A DNA stretch of 64,000 bases, taken from Candidatus Latescibacterota bacterium (GTDB lineage: Bacteria; Latescibacterota; UBA2968; GCA-2709665). The notes below the pieces were generated by a model. That model saw only the letters and a program-made list of their open reading frames with translations. It did no database searches and was not told the origin of the DNA. The translations under genes and the position numbers were made by a program. The stretch spans positions 576,001-640,000 of the forward strand of contig OZ242358.1 in the NCBI GenBank assembly GCA_965208835.1, read 5' to 3'. Below, one piece after another: positions 1-9,516 of the stretch (the first letter of the stretch is position 1; the number at the start of each line of letters is the position of its first letter).

Positions 1-1550
1 GAGGCTGTCGCCATCAAGACATTGGGATGTTTAAGAAATTCCTCCTTAACGATCTCGTATTTGTTCGACAGGGCGCTCTTTTCAGCTTTCATCAGTTGGG
101 TATTGTCGAAAACAGGCATAACCAGCACGTGCTCATTATCGAAACCCAGGTCTTTTTTGTTTATGAATTCCAATTGCCGATACGCGACGAACGCACAGAT
201 TATCAACAGTGTGGCAATCGCAAACTGTAAAACAACGAGCGATTTTCTACACCAGACGGCACTCGAGCCGGTCTTCGATATTCCACGTAGAGCGGCCGCC
301 GGTTGAAAGCCCGACATGAAGAAAGCAGCATAGCTGCCAGAAAGAAGCCCTGCAAAAAGGGCAATTCCAATCAGCCAGATTGGCGCCGTCGAATTCGTGA
401 TCAGACCCAGTAATAATCCTCCACCAACGAACATCGTGAAGTAGGGCAATAACAGCGCTGCAATTGACAGTGCAAGCAACATGGCCAGGCCGGACAGAAA
501 AACGGACTCGCCGAGTAACTGCGTAATCAGTTGATGACGCTTTGCCCCCATTGCCTTTCGCATTCCGGCTTCTCGAAGGCGGTTTGTGGCGCGTGCTGTG
601 GCGAGATTCATAAAATTGATACATGCGATGATGAGAACAAAGGCACCTATGGAAATCAATAGATACAGATCTTGTATATCGCCCCTTCCGCCCCGACGGT
701 ATCCATAGTCGAGACCGGAGTAGAGGTGAATGCGGTTTAGCGGCTGAAGATGATAGAGATTCTCGGTGCCTTTATGTTCGCCCCTGCCCGGCCCCAGATG
801 CATAGCGAGCAAATCGGGCAATTTGCGCTCAGTTGCCGACGCGGAGACACCTTTTGCAAGCCGTACGTACGTGTGAGCAGGGGTCGTGATTCCGTGTTTC
901 TTCCAATCGTCCCAGAGTTGCTCCCTGCGAATGTAATCTGTCGGAGTTGCTGTTATGAAATCAAACCTGAAATGAGAATTGGAGGGCATGTCCGCCAGAA
1001 CTCCGGTGATTTTCAGGTCCACCCTCCCGAAATACAGGCGTTCTGCCGTAATGACCTTCCCAATCGGATTCTCAATTCCGAAGTATTTCTGCGCCATCTC
1101 CTGTGTGAGTACAACCGATGACGGTTCTGAAAGAACGGATTCAGGGTCGCCGAGTAGAACTTCGATACCGAAGAATTCCAGGATGTTCTTGTCCGCGAGA
1201 CAGAACTTCTGTTTGAATCCCGTGTCACCGGAACTCACCCAGCTGGAAACCGCCCAGAATCGCGTTGCATCTTCCACATCTCCGAAGTCTTCGCGCAGGG
1301 CCGAGGCAAGCGCACTTTTCTGACCTGTTGACCATTGAATGCGTCCACTCGGCCACCGTGTCTCCCTGAGAATTCTGTAGATCCGGTCGGAATGGGGTCG
1401 AAACCGATCATAGCTCAATTCAGATTGTACATAGAGTACGATCATCAGCGCAGGGGCCATACCAAGGGCCAATCCTGAAAGGACGATAAACGTATAGCCC
1501 TTGTGCCTCAGCAGGTTTCGGAGAGCAACGACAAGATAGTTCTTGAACAT
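1..1550 (-). CDS. ABC transporter permease, MacB/FtsX family (3' end runs off window)
   Basis: Not in the ORF track. Manual translation from ATG 1550 gives MFKNYLVVALRNLLRHKGYTFI...LQPLNRIHLYS...IACINFMNLATARATNRLREAGMRKAMGAKR...LVVLQFAIA...KDLGFDNE, with no stop found before the window edge. Confidence 0.93.
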   Translation of the reverse strand, partial: MFKNYLVVALRNLLRHKGYTFIVLSGLALGMAPALMIVLYVQSELSYDRFRPHSDRIYRILRETRWPSGRIQWSTGQKSALASALREDFGDVEDATRFWAVSSWVSSGDTGFKQKFCLADKNILEFFGIEVLLGDPESVLSEPSSVVLTQEMAQKYFGIENPIGKVITAERLYFGRVDLKITGVLADMPSNSHFRFDFITATPTDYIRREQLWDDWKKHGITTPAHTYVRLAKGVSASATERKLPDLLAMHLGPGRGEHKGTENLYHLQPLNRIHLYSGLDYGYRRGGRGDIQDLYLLISIGAFVLIIACINFMNLATARATNRLREAGMRKAMGAKRHQLITQLLGESVFLSGLAMLLALSIAALLLPYFTMFVGGGLLLGLITNSTAPIWLIGIALFAGLLSGSYAAFFMSGFQPAAALRGISKTGSSAVWCRKSLVVLQFAIATLLIICAFVAYRQLEFINKKDLGFDNEHVLVMPVFDNTQLMKAEKSALSNKYEIVKEEFLKHPNVLMATA

Positions 1551-1584
1551 GTCGGCGTGAACGAGGTCGAGCAGGCCAGGAATG

Positions 1585-1770
1585 TCAATACATGATACAC
1601 TTGACCGGACGCAGGGGCCGGAGCGCCAGTTCTTGCCTCGCCTGTTCGATCGTCTTCGGGAAGTAACAAATGACGCAGTGCTCCGGAACGTCTCGATGCC
1701 TGATCGTTTTCGACGGCTCGATGACGGCTTCCCGTTCCCCGTCGAACTCCAGAATCGGGTATGTTTTCGG
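1585..1770 (-). pseudogene. N-terminal remnant of a nucleoside phosphorylase-family gene
   Basis: YPILEFDGEREAVIEPS...VPEHCVICYF resembles the start of PNP/UDP-family proteins, but the frame stops after about 60 codons, 35 bp before the permease start. Confidence 0.55.
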
Positions 1771-1826
1771 CAATTTGGGCGCCGCTCCTGAATTTGGGGT
1801 TTTCAATTCCCTTATGGATCTCGACG

Positions 1827-3167
1827 TCACTCGCTCAGGCGCTTCAGGATAGCTCTGGCGACCTGATCTGCCAGGCGCCTGGAGCCCTCTTTTGTGAAGT
1901 GAACGTCTTGCGGTAGCTGGATTTCCTTCAGTCGCGGCAGGGCGAAGGCATAGAGATCGTTAATCGTAATGCCAGGCTGATTCATGATCTCCTTCGCGAC
2001 GGCGTTATAGTTCGCCGCGTCTCCCTTCTGCCGACCGTTGGCCCCCGCCGGCACGGGTGTCGTCGTCGCCCAGATCAGCTTCGCTCCCGTCGTCTTCAGC
2101 CTCGACACCAGCTTGTCCAGATTCTGCTTATATTGATCGACAGACGTGAAATGTCTACCCTTTTCCGCGTCGGTGAGTCTACCCTCGTCATCGACAAATT
2201 TCAGGTCATGCAGGCCCCAATTGAAGTGGATGACATCCCACTTCCGAGTGCCCAGCCATACTTCCAGCTCCGCGAGCCCGCGGCTCGTCGGACCGCAGTT
2301 CCGAGATGGACGGTGGACGTTCGCCTTACCTCCGAGCCGTTCTCGAGTCGGAATCGTATATCCCATCGAAATCGAGTCACCGATCAGGAGCACGGCCGGC
2401 AGGTTGGGCTCGCCGGTTATCTCTACAAATGAAGCCTGGCGTAGGGCAGGGTTCGTATCTTGCATAGAGCGCTCCTTAGATTGAATCAGATTCGAGATTA
2501 CGGCTTGAGGACGTCCGTTATAGTGGCGAATCCTCGGGTCCCTGAATCGGGCAACCGCGTGATGTCCCCAGGTGCCCAGCCCAACCGCACCTTTCGGATT
2601 CGCTTCGAGCGTCAACCGGTTGACGAGCTTCCCGTTTACGTAGGTCGTGACGGAATGTCCCCGCACAGCCAGAACAAGATCGAATTCCCGACCTCCCTCA
2701 AGGACCAGATTGACAACGTCGAGTTTGGCGACGCCGCGTTTACCGCGCTCGTAGGTGCTGATCGCCAGCGCCTTCCAGCCACCGAGGTAATCGACCATAT
2801 ACTCCCGGCTCTCGTCGGTAATGCCGAAGCGGATCTGCACGTTGGCGCCCTCTACCCACATAACCTGGACCTTGAACTCATAGTGTGACCATGTACTGTC
2901 TCCCTGCACGAGTCTGGTTGCGCCATCCTTTCCGGCCGCTTGCGCGATTATGGTGTCTCCCTCCCGGGACCATACCGCTTCGTTGCCCGGCTTCCAGCCC
3001 TCCAGACCCTCGCCGTGAAGCATCGACTCCCACTTTATTTTGCCCTTCATGCCGCCAATCCTGGCGCGTCCGTAATCGTTTTCCGAATTTAGCCCCTCAT
3101 TCGCAAATGCGGGTGTCATCGCGGATTGAAGAATAAGGATGAAAGAGAGTACTGCGGATGCCGTCAT
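1827..3167 (-). CDS. Secreted DUF1080-like (3-keto-disaccharide hydrolase-like) domain in frame with an SGNH/GDSL hydrolase
   Basis: GGAGG SD before ATG 3167 and a signal peptide; LEGWK...W...GDTI and FRDPRIR motifs; SGNH blocks GDSIS, NWGLHD, DVHF; internal AAGGAG-6nt-ATG at 2465. Confidence 0.8.
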   Translation of the reverse strand: MTASAVLSFILILQSAMTPAFANEGLNSENDYGRARIGGMKGKIKWESMLHGEGLEGWKPGNEAVWSREGDTIIAQAAGKDGATRLVQGDSTWSHYEFKVQVMWVEGANVQIRFGITDESREYMVDYLGGWKALAISTYERGKRGVAKLDVVNLVLEGGREFDLVLAVRGHSVTTYVNGKLVNRLTLEANPKGAVGLGTWGHHAVARFRDPRIRHYNGRPQAVISNLIQSKERSMQDTNPALRQASFVEITGEPNLPAVLLIGDSISMGYTIPTRERLGGKANVHRPSRNCGPTSRGLAELEVWLGTRKWDVIHFNWGLHDLKFVDDEGRLTDAEKGRHFTSVDQYKQNLDKLVSRLKTTGAKLIWATTTPVPAGANGRQKGDAANYNAVAKEIMNQPGITINDLYAFALPRLKEIQLPQDVHFTKEGSRRLADQVARAILKRLSE

Positions 3168-3235
3168 CGATTTTCCTCCGTACGAATAACGGTTCGTTGC
3201 CGAAATCGAACACGTCCCGATGGTCCGGCCGAAAT

Positions 3236-3259
3236 GGCAGGTTTTAAACCTGCCCCTAC
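3236..3259 (-). repeat. Single GTAG-type REP palindrome
   Basis: Minus strand reads GTAGGGGCAGGTTTAAAACCTGCC: GTAG followed by a GGCAGGTT/AACCTGCC hairpin. Confidence 0.65.
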
Positions 3260-3311
3260 ATTCCCATGCCAACGGAGGTCGTGCGACAAGGGCCCCGTCG
3301 CGATTCCCTAT

Positions 3312-4349
3312 TCACAGGTCCTCCATCCACTCGAGGACGAACGGTTCGCCTTCGAGATATTTCCGGCAGGCGCCTTCAACGAAACGGGGCAGTGTCGAGA
3401 AATCTTCTTCAGGACTCTCCGTACGCCAGGATAGGAGTCGAATGCAGGACTCGATATGGAAACTTTCGATTATTCGCAGATGGTTATCTGGCAGATTGTG
3501 CTGCCGTTCGTACCCGTTCAGAAAAGCCTGGCATAGCGCCGGTCTCATCGGATTTACGGCGAAGCACCAACCAACGTCTGCCAGTAAATGCCCGAACCGA
3601 CACCAGTCGAAATCAATGGGACGGATCTCGCCCAGATGTACGATGCAATTGCCGCATGAGAAATCGCCGTGAAGCAGTCCCCGGGATTTCGGTGATCCGT
3701 TCATTTTCGCTAGGTCCTCGATAATCTGGCGCACCGTCAGTTCCAGAACCGGGAAATCATCGGTGGCGATCCGTCCGTCCTCCGCGGCCGGACGCAGGCG
3801 GTTCAGGTCGAGTTGCAGGTCTTCATGTTCGCTCCCGGGACGAAAGAAGCCTTCGGGAAGGGTCCACTGACTGCCGTGCCGGTGGATTTTGCCGAGGACC
3901 GTTCCGACGTTGTAAAGTGTTTCCGCCGGCAGGTCAACGAACACCTCGTCCCCGTAGTTGTCCCAGACCAACTCGCCGCCAATCCAGCGAAGAAGGGTCA
4001 CAAGAAGGGACTGATTGCCATCGGACGGGACGTCTGTGATGAGATCGCCTGACAGATTGCGGACGGGTTTCTGTATGACCATATCGGTGTCGCGGTCCAT
4101 GGCTTCGAGCCAGAGAAGGTGGGACCGGATTGCTGTTCGATAATCATGGATGTCTCCGTCTACCCTGGCATAATACACGGTGACGAGCCAACTCCCGGAT
4201 GCGCCGTCCGCACGGAACTTGACCATGCGGTAACCGGAAAAGCCTATATGGCCCACTTGCTTGCGCTCGTGAATGCGGACTTCCCCGATATCGTAGTATT
4301 CCAGGGCTCGATCGGCGGCTTGCAGATAGTGCTGAAGATGCTCACTCAT
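3312..4349 (-). CDS. Phosphotransferase, APH/homoserine kinase type II family
   Basis: LGKIH, LLHGDF..GN and IDFDWC kinase motifs. Confidence 0.85.
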   Translation of the reverse strand: MSEHLQHYLQAADRALEYYDIGEVRIHERKQVGHIGFSGYRMVKFRADGASGSWLVTVYYARVDGDIHDYRTAIRSHLLWLEAMDRDTDMVIQKPVRNLSGDLITDVPSDGNQSLLVTLLRWIGGELVWDNYGDEVFVDLPAETLYNVGTVLGKIHRHGSQWTLPEGFFRPGSEHEDLQLDLNRLRPAAEDGRIATDDFPVLELTVRQIIEDLAKMNGSPKSRGLLHGDFSCGNCIVHLGEIRPIDFDWCRFGHLLADVGWCFAVNPMRPALCQAFLNGYERQHNLPDNHLRIIESFHIESCIRLLSWRTESPEEDFSTLPRFVEGACRKYLEGEPFVLEWMEDL

Positions 4350-4379
4350 TGGATTGGGAACTCAATCGACGCTTGAATT

Positions 4380-4576
4380 ACTCCCCCCTTGAGGGGGAGT
4401 CGCAGAAGCTGAGCCGGTCCCTGAGCTTGCGGCCCCTGAGCCTGTCGAAGGGTCAAAAGGCTGTTGAATAGCGGGCATTTCGACAAGCTCAATGACCACG
4501 CGTTATTCAGTTCATTGGACGTAATGAAGCCGCTGTCAGGAGACCCTTAACCTGCCCTGAGCCGTTGTCCTGAGCA
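4380..4576. repeat. Cluster of short palindromic intergenic repeats
   Basis: ACTCCCCCCTTGAGGGGGAGT (4380-4400), CCCTGAGCCTGTCGAAGGG (about 4434-4452), TTCGACAAGCTCA (about 4479-4491) and further CCTGAGC copies. Confidence 0.6.
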
Positions 4577-4597
4577 TTCCTGAAGCAATTCAATACC

Positions 4598-5272
4598 CTA
4601 CCGCCTGCGTCCCACCAGGAGCGTATTGGGCGGGTCCTGCCACGTGCATTCGGCAACGAACCCGGCCTCACGCATCGCGTCGAGTTCTTCTTCGACGGGG
4701 AAGTACGTGTCTTCGGAGGACCACTCTTCGAAGTGCTCGCGGGCCCGCTGTTCGTCGATGCCGCGCGAAACGAGGTGAGCCGTCCAGATTCGGTAGCACC
4801 GCTCCCTTGCCTCGGGGTCTGCGGTCATCGTCACGTCGGCGGTCACGAACACCCCTCCGGGGCGGAGCGCACGGAAAATATGCTTGTACAGGGTACGCTT
4901 GCGTTGCATCGCCGGAATATGGTGCAGGGCCAGGCAGGCGGCCACCGCGTCGCACGCGGGGAGCGGCGCCTCGAATGAACATTCGCGGAAACGCACCCGG
5001 GCACCGAAACGCACCAGCCGGGTGCGGGCCCGATCCAGCATCTCCGGATCGACGTCGATGGCTTCCACGGCGCCCACGCTTTCGTGCTCGAGCATCGCTT
5101 CGGCGAGGGCGCCCGTTCCGGTGCCGAGGTCCAGCACCAGGGCGGGTCGGATCGCGGCGACCTTGCAGGCAATTCTCTTCAGGCCTTCCTCGTAGCCCGG
5201 GATGAACTGGCGGATGGCTTCGTCGTAGGCATCAATCTCAAGACGAAGGTGGCTGCGGACGGAATGACTCAC
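4598..5272 (-). CDS. Class I SAM-dependent methyltransferase (CmoA-like)
   Basis: VLDLGTGTG motif I, ALHHI, ALRPGGVF. Confidence 0.9.
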   Translation of the reverse strand: MSHSVRSHLRLEIDAYDEAIRQFIPGYEEGLKRIACKVAAIRPALVLDLGTGTGALAEAMLEHESVGAVEAIDVDPEMLDRARTRLVRFGARVRFRECSFEAPLPACDAVAACLALHHIPAMQRKRTLYKHIFRALRPGGVFVTADVTMTADPEARERCYRIWTAHLVSRGIDEQRAREHFEEWSSEDTYFPVEEELDAMREAGFVAECTWQDPPNTLLVGRRR

Positions 5273-5401
5273 TTGCGTTTCCCGATCCGGGGTTATGCGT
5301 CAACATCATGCAAACGGGTCGACGGCTCAGGTATCAGCCTTCAATATAACACACTCTCGTGGACAGCTCAGATCGCTCGTCAAGGAAGCCGTCCGATTCA
5401 A

Positions 5402-5800
5402 TCACACAAGATGGAACTCGACTTTCATTCCGTCCGGATCGTAGCAGAAAATCGCTGTCCCACCAAAGTCGTCATTTGTAATGCCCCCATCTTCCATTTC
5501 TATGTCCTCTGCTCGAAGCCGTTTTTCGATGGCCTGTAATTCCTCTTCTGTCTCGACCCCAAAGGCAAAATGGTCAAGGCCGATTCGATTTCGATCGAAC
5601 ACATTGTCTGTGACGTGATAGTCTCTTGGCGTACCAATGACAAACAGGAAGTGTTTTCCGCCGGGGTCGTCCGAAGGGACGAATTCCGTATAATTCTCCG
5701 CCTGTTCCCTGATCTGCCAATCGGAAATTTTACTGTAAAAATCCGTCGATTTCTTGACATCACTCACCGTTAAAACAATGTGGTGGATACATTGCTTCAT
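5402..5800 (-). CDS. VOC/glyoxalase family protein
   Basis: IHHIVLTVSD, GLDHFAF, YDPDGMKVE; start taken at MKQCIHH. Confidence 0.9.
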   Translation of the reverse strand: MKQCIHHIVLTVSDVKKSTDFYSKISDWQIREQAENYTEFVPSDDPGGKHFLFVIGTPRDYHVTDNVFDRNRIGLDHFAFGVETEEELQAIEKRLRAEDIEMEDGGITNDDFGGTAIFCYDPDGMKVEFHLV

Positions 5801-6063
5801 AAGCCTATCACCATTGGTGTTTAAGGAACCACGGATTTCGAGCATACAGCGTCGTAAAACGGCTTGATCCGAATAATGCCATGGAGCAAGCCTGATGGGG
5901 AAGGCAACGGTTATGTGTAGCGTTTCACCAGTCTGTTGATACAAGCTTGGCCGCGGAGCCTGAACCCTTAGTCTGTCTGCATTGCGTGTGCTGTTTGCAC
6001 TGTTGAAGTGTGGGAATTTCCTGGCGGTTCTCGTAGTACACCCGTAGAATATTGCAGTGTCGA

Positions 6064-7293
6064 TCAGCCTGCGAATATCCCCGCTTCAATCGCCTTTACC
6101 GCCGCTTGATTCACATAGCTCTGGTCGTGAAATCGAACGGCGTATTCAATCGGTGTCACCTCCCTATATTCACGTACGGCTTCATCGGGTGTTGACTTAA
6201 GGCCCTTTCGGAGGGACGCTCGATGGGACGGGTCCGCTCCCCTTTCGAGGAGCACGACAGCCATTCTGTCCTCCTTCCGGCCTTTCTTGACGACACAGTT
6301 GAACAGCGGCGTGTGCCCCCCAAAGCCGTCGACATCGATGTCGGCAACGGCGTTCGCGTCCGCGCCGTTATCGATAACCCAATCGAAAATTTCATCCTCG
6401 TCAAATTCGATAGCCATGTGCAGGAGTGTTGTGCCATCCAGCGGTGTACCGTGGAGACCGGTGTCGTCGCCCACGCGGAAGTCGGAAGGATAGATATCGT
6501 CATACTGATATCTGCGGGAAATAAGGCCGGGATCCCCGTCCAGATGACGCTCCAGCAAATCGATCCGCCCAAAATGGAAGGCCATAGCGGGGGTGTCCGG
6601 AAATTCCACGCCACTTTCGGCCAGAATTCTCAGACACTCATGTTTTCCGGCCGGGCTGCGGCTGTAGGTCTCAAGAACCATCGCAGCCGGCGCGGAAAAA
6701 TCCCCGTCTTCGTCGCAAAGTTCGCCGCCGAGATCAAGAACCATCTGCAGTCCCCTGCTATTCAGGGTTTCACAGGCTCCCATCGCGACCCCGCGCTCTA
6801 CCTTTGCGCCTTTCTTTACCAGCGCGCGAACCGTATCGGCATTTCCCTGCAGGATGGCTCGCCCGAAAGCGTGTTGGATCTCCGGACTACCCAGGTCGGC
6901 CAGCATCTCTACAATCTCGGTCTTGCCCAATTCAGCAGCAAAGCCCATCGCAGCGCCCCAGTGTGAACCCCGTCCCCGAGCCCCTTCTGTCAGGAGTTCG
7001 GGGTGCTTCACGACCAGATCACGTACGGATTTCAGGTCGTCGCGAGACACAGCTGCGCACAGTCTGGCCGCAATCTGCATTCTGGGCCAGCTTGGGTATC
7101 GATACGATCGCGCGAGTACGAGTTGGGCGTCGGCCAGCCTGGCGCTTTCTGCGGAAACGTCTCGTGGATGCAGACTCTCAAATGCGGAAATCGCCTCAGG
7201 ATCGCCCGTCCGAAAGGCGTCCAGAAGCGATTTAGCCTGCTTCCTGAGGTTCTCGATGTTGGGTCTAACGGGAAGACTTCGACGGCGGGGCAT
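6064..7293 (-). CDS. Ankyrin-repeat protein with N-terminal LPxRPNxExLRKQAK helical domain
   Basis: GTTLLHMAIE...GADANA and GHTPLF...LLERGAD ankyrin motifs; N-terminal RPNIENLRKQAK...AQLVLARSYRYPSW. Confidence 0.85.
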   Translation of the reverse strand: MPRRRSLPVRPNIENLRKQAKSLLDAFRTGDPEAISAFESLHPRDVSAESARLADAQLVLARSYRYPSWPRMQIAARLCAAVSRDDLKSVRDLVVKHPELLTEGARGRGSHWGAAMGFAAELGKTEIVEMLADLGSPEIQHAFGRAILQGNADTVRALVKKGAKVERGVAMGACETLNSRGLQMVLDLGGELCDEDGDFSAPAAMVLETYSRSPAGKHECLRILAESGVEFPDTPAMAFHFGRIDLLERHLDGDPGLISRRYQYDDIYPSDFRVGDDTGLHGTPLDGTTLLHMAIEFDEDEIFDWVIDNGADANAVADIDVDGFGGHTPLFNCVVKKGRKEDRMAVVLLERGADPSHRASLRKGLKSTPDEAVREYREVTPIEYAVRFHDQSYVNQAAVKAIEAGIFAG

Positions 7294-7461
7294 AGCAGCC
7301 TCCTCTCGCAGAGTCGCCCGGCGTCCGCAATATCGGGCAGAAAGAAGGTGCTATTGGAATTTCAAAATCTGGTGAGGAGGGTGGGCTGAGCCCTTTCCGC
7401 GGACCGGAGGCTCCCTGTCGAGCACGACAGCTATGATAATCATAACCGGGCTCCATGGCAA
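7294..7461 (-). promoter_or_regulatory. Sigma70-like promoter plus structured 5' leader (candidate cis-regulatory RNA)
   Basis: Minus strand TTGCCA-17-TATCAT (7461-7433); leader contains several hairpins, an anti-SD and a possible pseudoknot. Confidence 0.55.
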
Positions 7462-7576
7462 GCCGACTCTCTGAGTATCTCCATCAGGGAGTCCGAACGA
7501 ACGCTGTTCCGGCGGTTTCGTGATAATCCAGGTCACGCGGGCGTTCTATCTGTTGCTGCCTTCCGGCGCCGGGAAA

Positions 7577-7855
7577 TCAGGTGAGGACGATGCGGAGCTG
7601 CTTTCCCAGGGCCCGCGCAGCGCGGTCCATGGTACGCAACGTTACGGAGGAATTCGAGGAGTCGAGCAGACGGTCCAGCGCCGAACGGCTTGTCTGCATG
7701 CGCCTGGCCATCGCCGACTTGGACAGTTTGTTCTCCTCCATAAATTGACTCAACTGATACGCAATTACCCGTTTCGTTGCTGTGGCTTCCGCTTCACCGA
7801 GAAGGCCCTCTTCGGTGAGGAAATCGTCAAAGTTGCTGCCGGAATGTTTTTTCAT
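7577..7855 (-). CDS. XRE/HTH antitoxin (HigA-like), orphan
   Basis: HSGSNFDDFL.EEG...KRVIAYQL...MARRMQTSRSALDRLLD...TLRT...AARALG. Confidence 0.85.
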   Translation of the reverse strand: MKKHSGSNFDDFLTEEGLLGEAEATATKRVIAYQLSQFMEENKLSKSAMARRMQTSRSALDRLLDSSNSSVTLRTMDRAARALGKQLRIVLT

Positions 7856-7891
7856 CTTGCCTCCCATAGCTTCCTTAGTCTGCTGCGTGCC

Positions 7892-8701
7892 CTACTTCTC
7901 CACGACGAAGTGAACGTGGTTCGTCGCATCTCTGAACTGCGGCGATTCCGAAGTTTCAGCCGCGAATTCCAGGACATTTTTGTATGCCTCTGGTTCGTTC
8001 GTCCTCAGCGCCTCGAGAAGCGGCGCCATGCCTTCCAAAAAGCCCTCAGCGCCGGCATAGCTTACAATTCGCAGCCCTGCATCCAGGAGTTCTTCGCGGG
8101 CGATCTCCGGGTTGGACCAGTGACATTCGGTGAAATTGGGACGCTCATGACCTTCGAAGGTTGTCTCACCGAGCAAGCTTCGAAGAAAGGCGGGATCGAT
8201 GAAGCGTTTCGGGAACCCGGTTATACCGCTTCGGAGCATGCCCCACGAATTGAGGAAGGCGACAATCCCCCTGCCGCCGGGCCTCAATATGCGGAACATC
8301 TCGCTCAAAGCCCGTGATCGATCGTCCCTTTCGATGAGATGATATAGAGGACCGAGAAGCAGGGCGGCATCGAAAGATTCGTCCTCGAAGACGCCCAGAT
8401 CAAGTGCATCTCCCTGAAAAAACCGATCGGCGGGTGTTCCTTCCGATGCAAAAGCCCTCTCTGCTCTCTCCAGCAGCTTCTCCGAGAGGTCGCACAGCGT
8501 CATCCGGTACCCGCGCCTGGCGAGTTCGATGGCGTAACGACCCGGTCCGCAACCGATGTCACAAATCGCGCCGTTCGAGGGAAAGTATCTCTCAATCAGG
8601 CGCAGGGTGGACGCGAATTCGATTCTCGGAAGCCCGGCATCCAGCCGTTCCCACTCGCGTTCTGGCGCCGAGTCGTAGAAAGTTCTGACTTGCTTTCTCA
8701 T
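7892..8701 (-). CDS. Class I SAM-dependent methyltransferase (paralog A)
   Basis: DIGCGPGRY, FDAALLLGPLYHL, ILRPGG. Confidence 0.92.
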   Translation of the reverse strand: MRKQVRTFYDSAPEREWERLDAGLPRIEFASTLRLIERYFPSNGAICDIGCGPGRYAIELARRGYRMTLCDLSEKLLERAERAFASEGTPADRFFQGDALDLGVFEDESFDAALLLGPLYHLIERDDRSRALSEMFRILRPGGRGIVAFLNSWGMLRSGITGFPKRFIDPAFLRSLLGETTFEGHERPNFTECHWSNPEIAREELLDAGLRIVSYAGAEGFLEGMAPLLEALRTNEPEAYKNVLEFAAETSESPQFRDATNHVHFVVEK

Positions 8702-8769
8702 TCATCCGATGATTTCAGAATACGGCTTCACTGACTCCAAATCACGAAAGCGATCTGGCGAAGGGGCCT

Positions 8770-9516
8770 TCAGAGGCAATCTTTCCCTGCCTCGGCTGGT
8801 GCATTTCTTCTACCGAACAATGACTGGTAGATAAAATGCCGGTGGGGAACGTCGCGGCTCTCAAACTGCTCGAACAGAGCACGATCATCGTACGGAACGT
8901 GCCGCATTTTCAATTCGTAACTCCCGGAATCACATTCCACAATGACGAAACGGGCGATCGGTTCGGAATGGCAGCCAAGAGAACCGGGATTCACGTATCT
9001 GGCCTTCCCGATCAAGTCTGACGGCCAATGATCGTGGCCATAGAATACGAGATCGGACTCGATGTCCGCAAAGAGTCTGTCCAGGTCGGCAGGACGTGGC
9101 TCCCGGACGACGGACGCGAAATCATCCCGGGACGCTGTGAGTGCGTAATGAAGGAACGATATTCGAACACCTTCGAATACGCCTTCAATCAGGTGGGGCC
9201 ACTGTCTTATTGAATTGCGATATTCTGGTTCAAGGCTGGAATGTACCCACTTCTGGTGTTCCAAATCACCGTCGCTCATCCACGTCGGCGTCGGTTCCGG
9301 AAGTCCGTCCGCAAACCAGGAATCATGATTCCCGCGGATGAGTTTCATGCCGGGCGTGCGCAACATCAGTTCGAGGCATTCTGCCGGAAATGGTCCAATG
9401 CTTATTGCATCGCCCGTATGATATACCGCATCGACGCCCTCACGTCGAATTGTCCTCAGGGCAGCCTGAAGCGCAGGCAGATTGCCGTGCACGTCTGTCA
9501 TTACAGCGATCTTCAT
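8770..9516 (-). CDS. Metallophosphoesterase (calcineurin-like, YfcE type)
   Basis: DVHGN, GD, GNHD, GHDH, NPGS motifs; start at MKIAV. Confidence 0.92.
   Translation of the reverse strand: MKIAVMTDVHGNLPALQAALRTIRREGVDAVYHTGDAISIGPFPAECLELMLRTPGMKLIRGNHDSWFADGLPEPTPTWMSDGDLEHQKWVHSSLEPEYRNSIRQWPHLIEGVFEGVRISFLHYALTASRDDFASVVREPRPADLDRLFADIESDLVFYGHDHWPSDLIGKARYVNPGSLGCHSEPIARFVIVECDSGSYELKMRHVPYDDRALFEQFESRDVPHRHFIYQSLFGRRNAPAEAGKDCL

Noticed and set aside
7370-7420. tRNA or tmRNA end (CUCACCA after a hairpin)
   Set aside because: No cloverleaf or TTCG T-loop; treated as part of the leader structure
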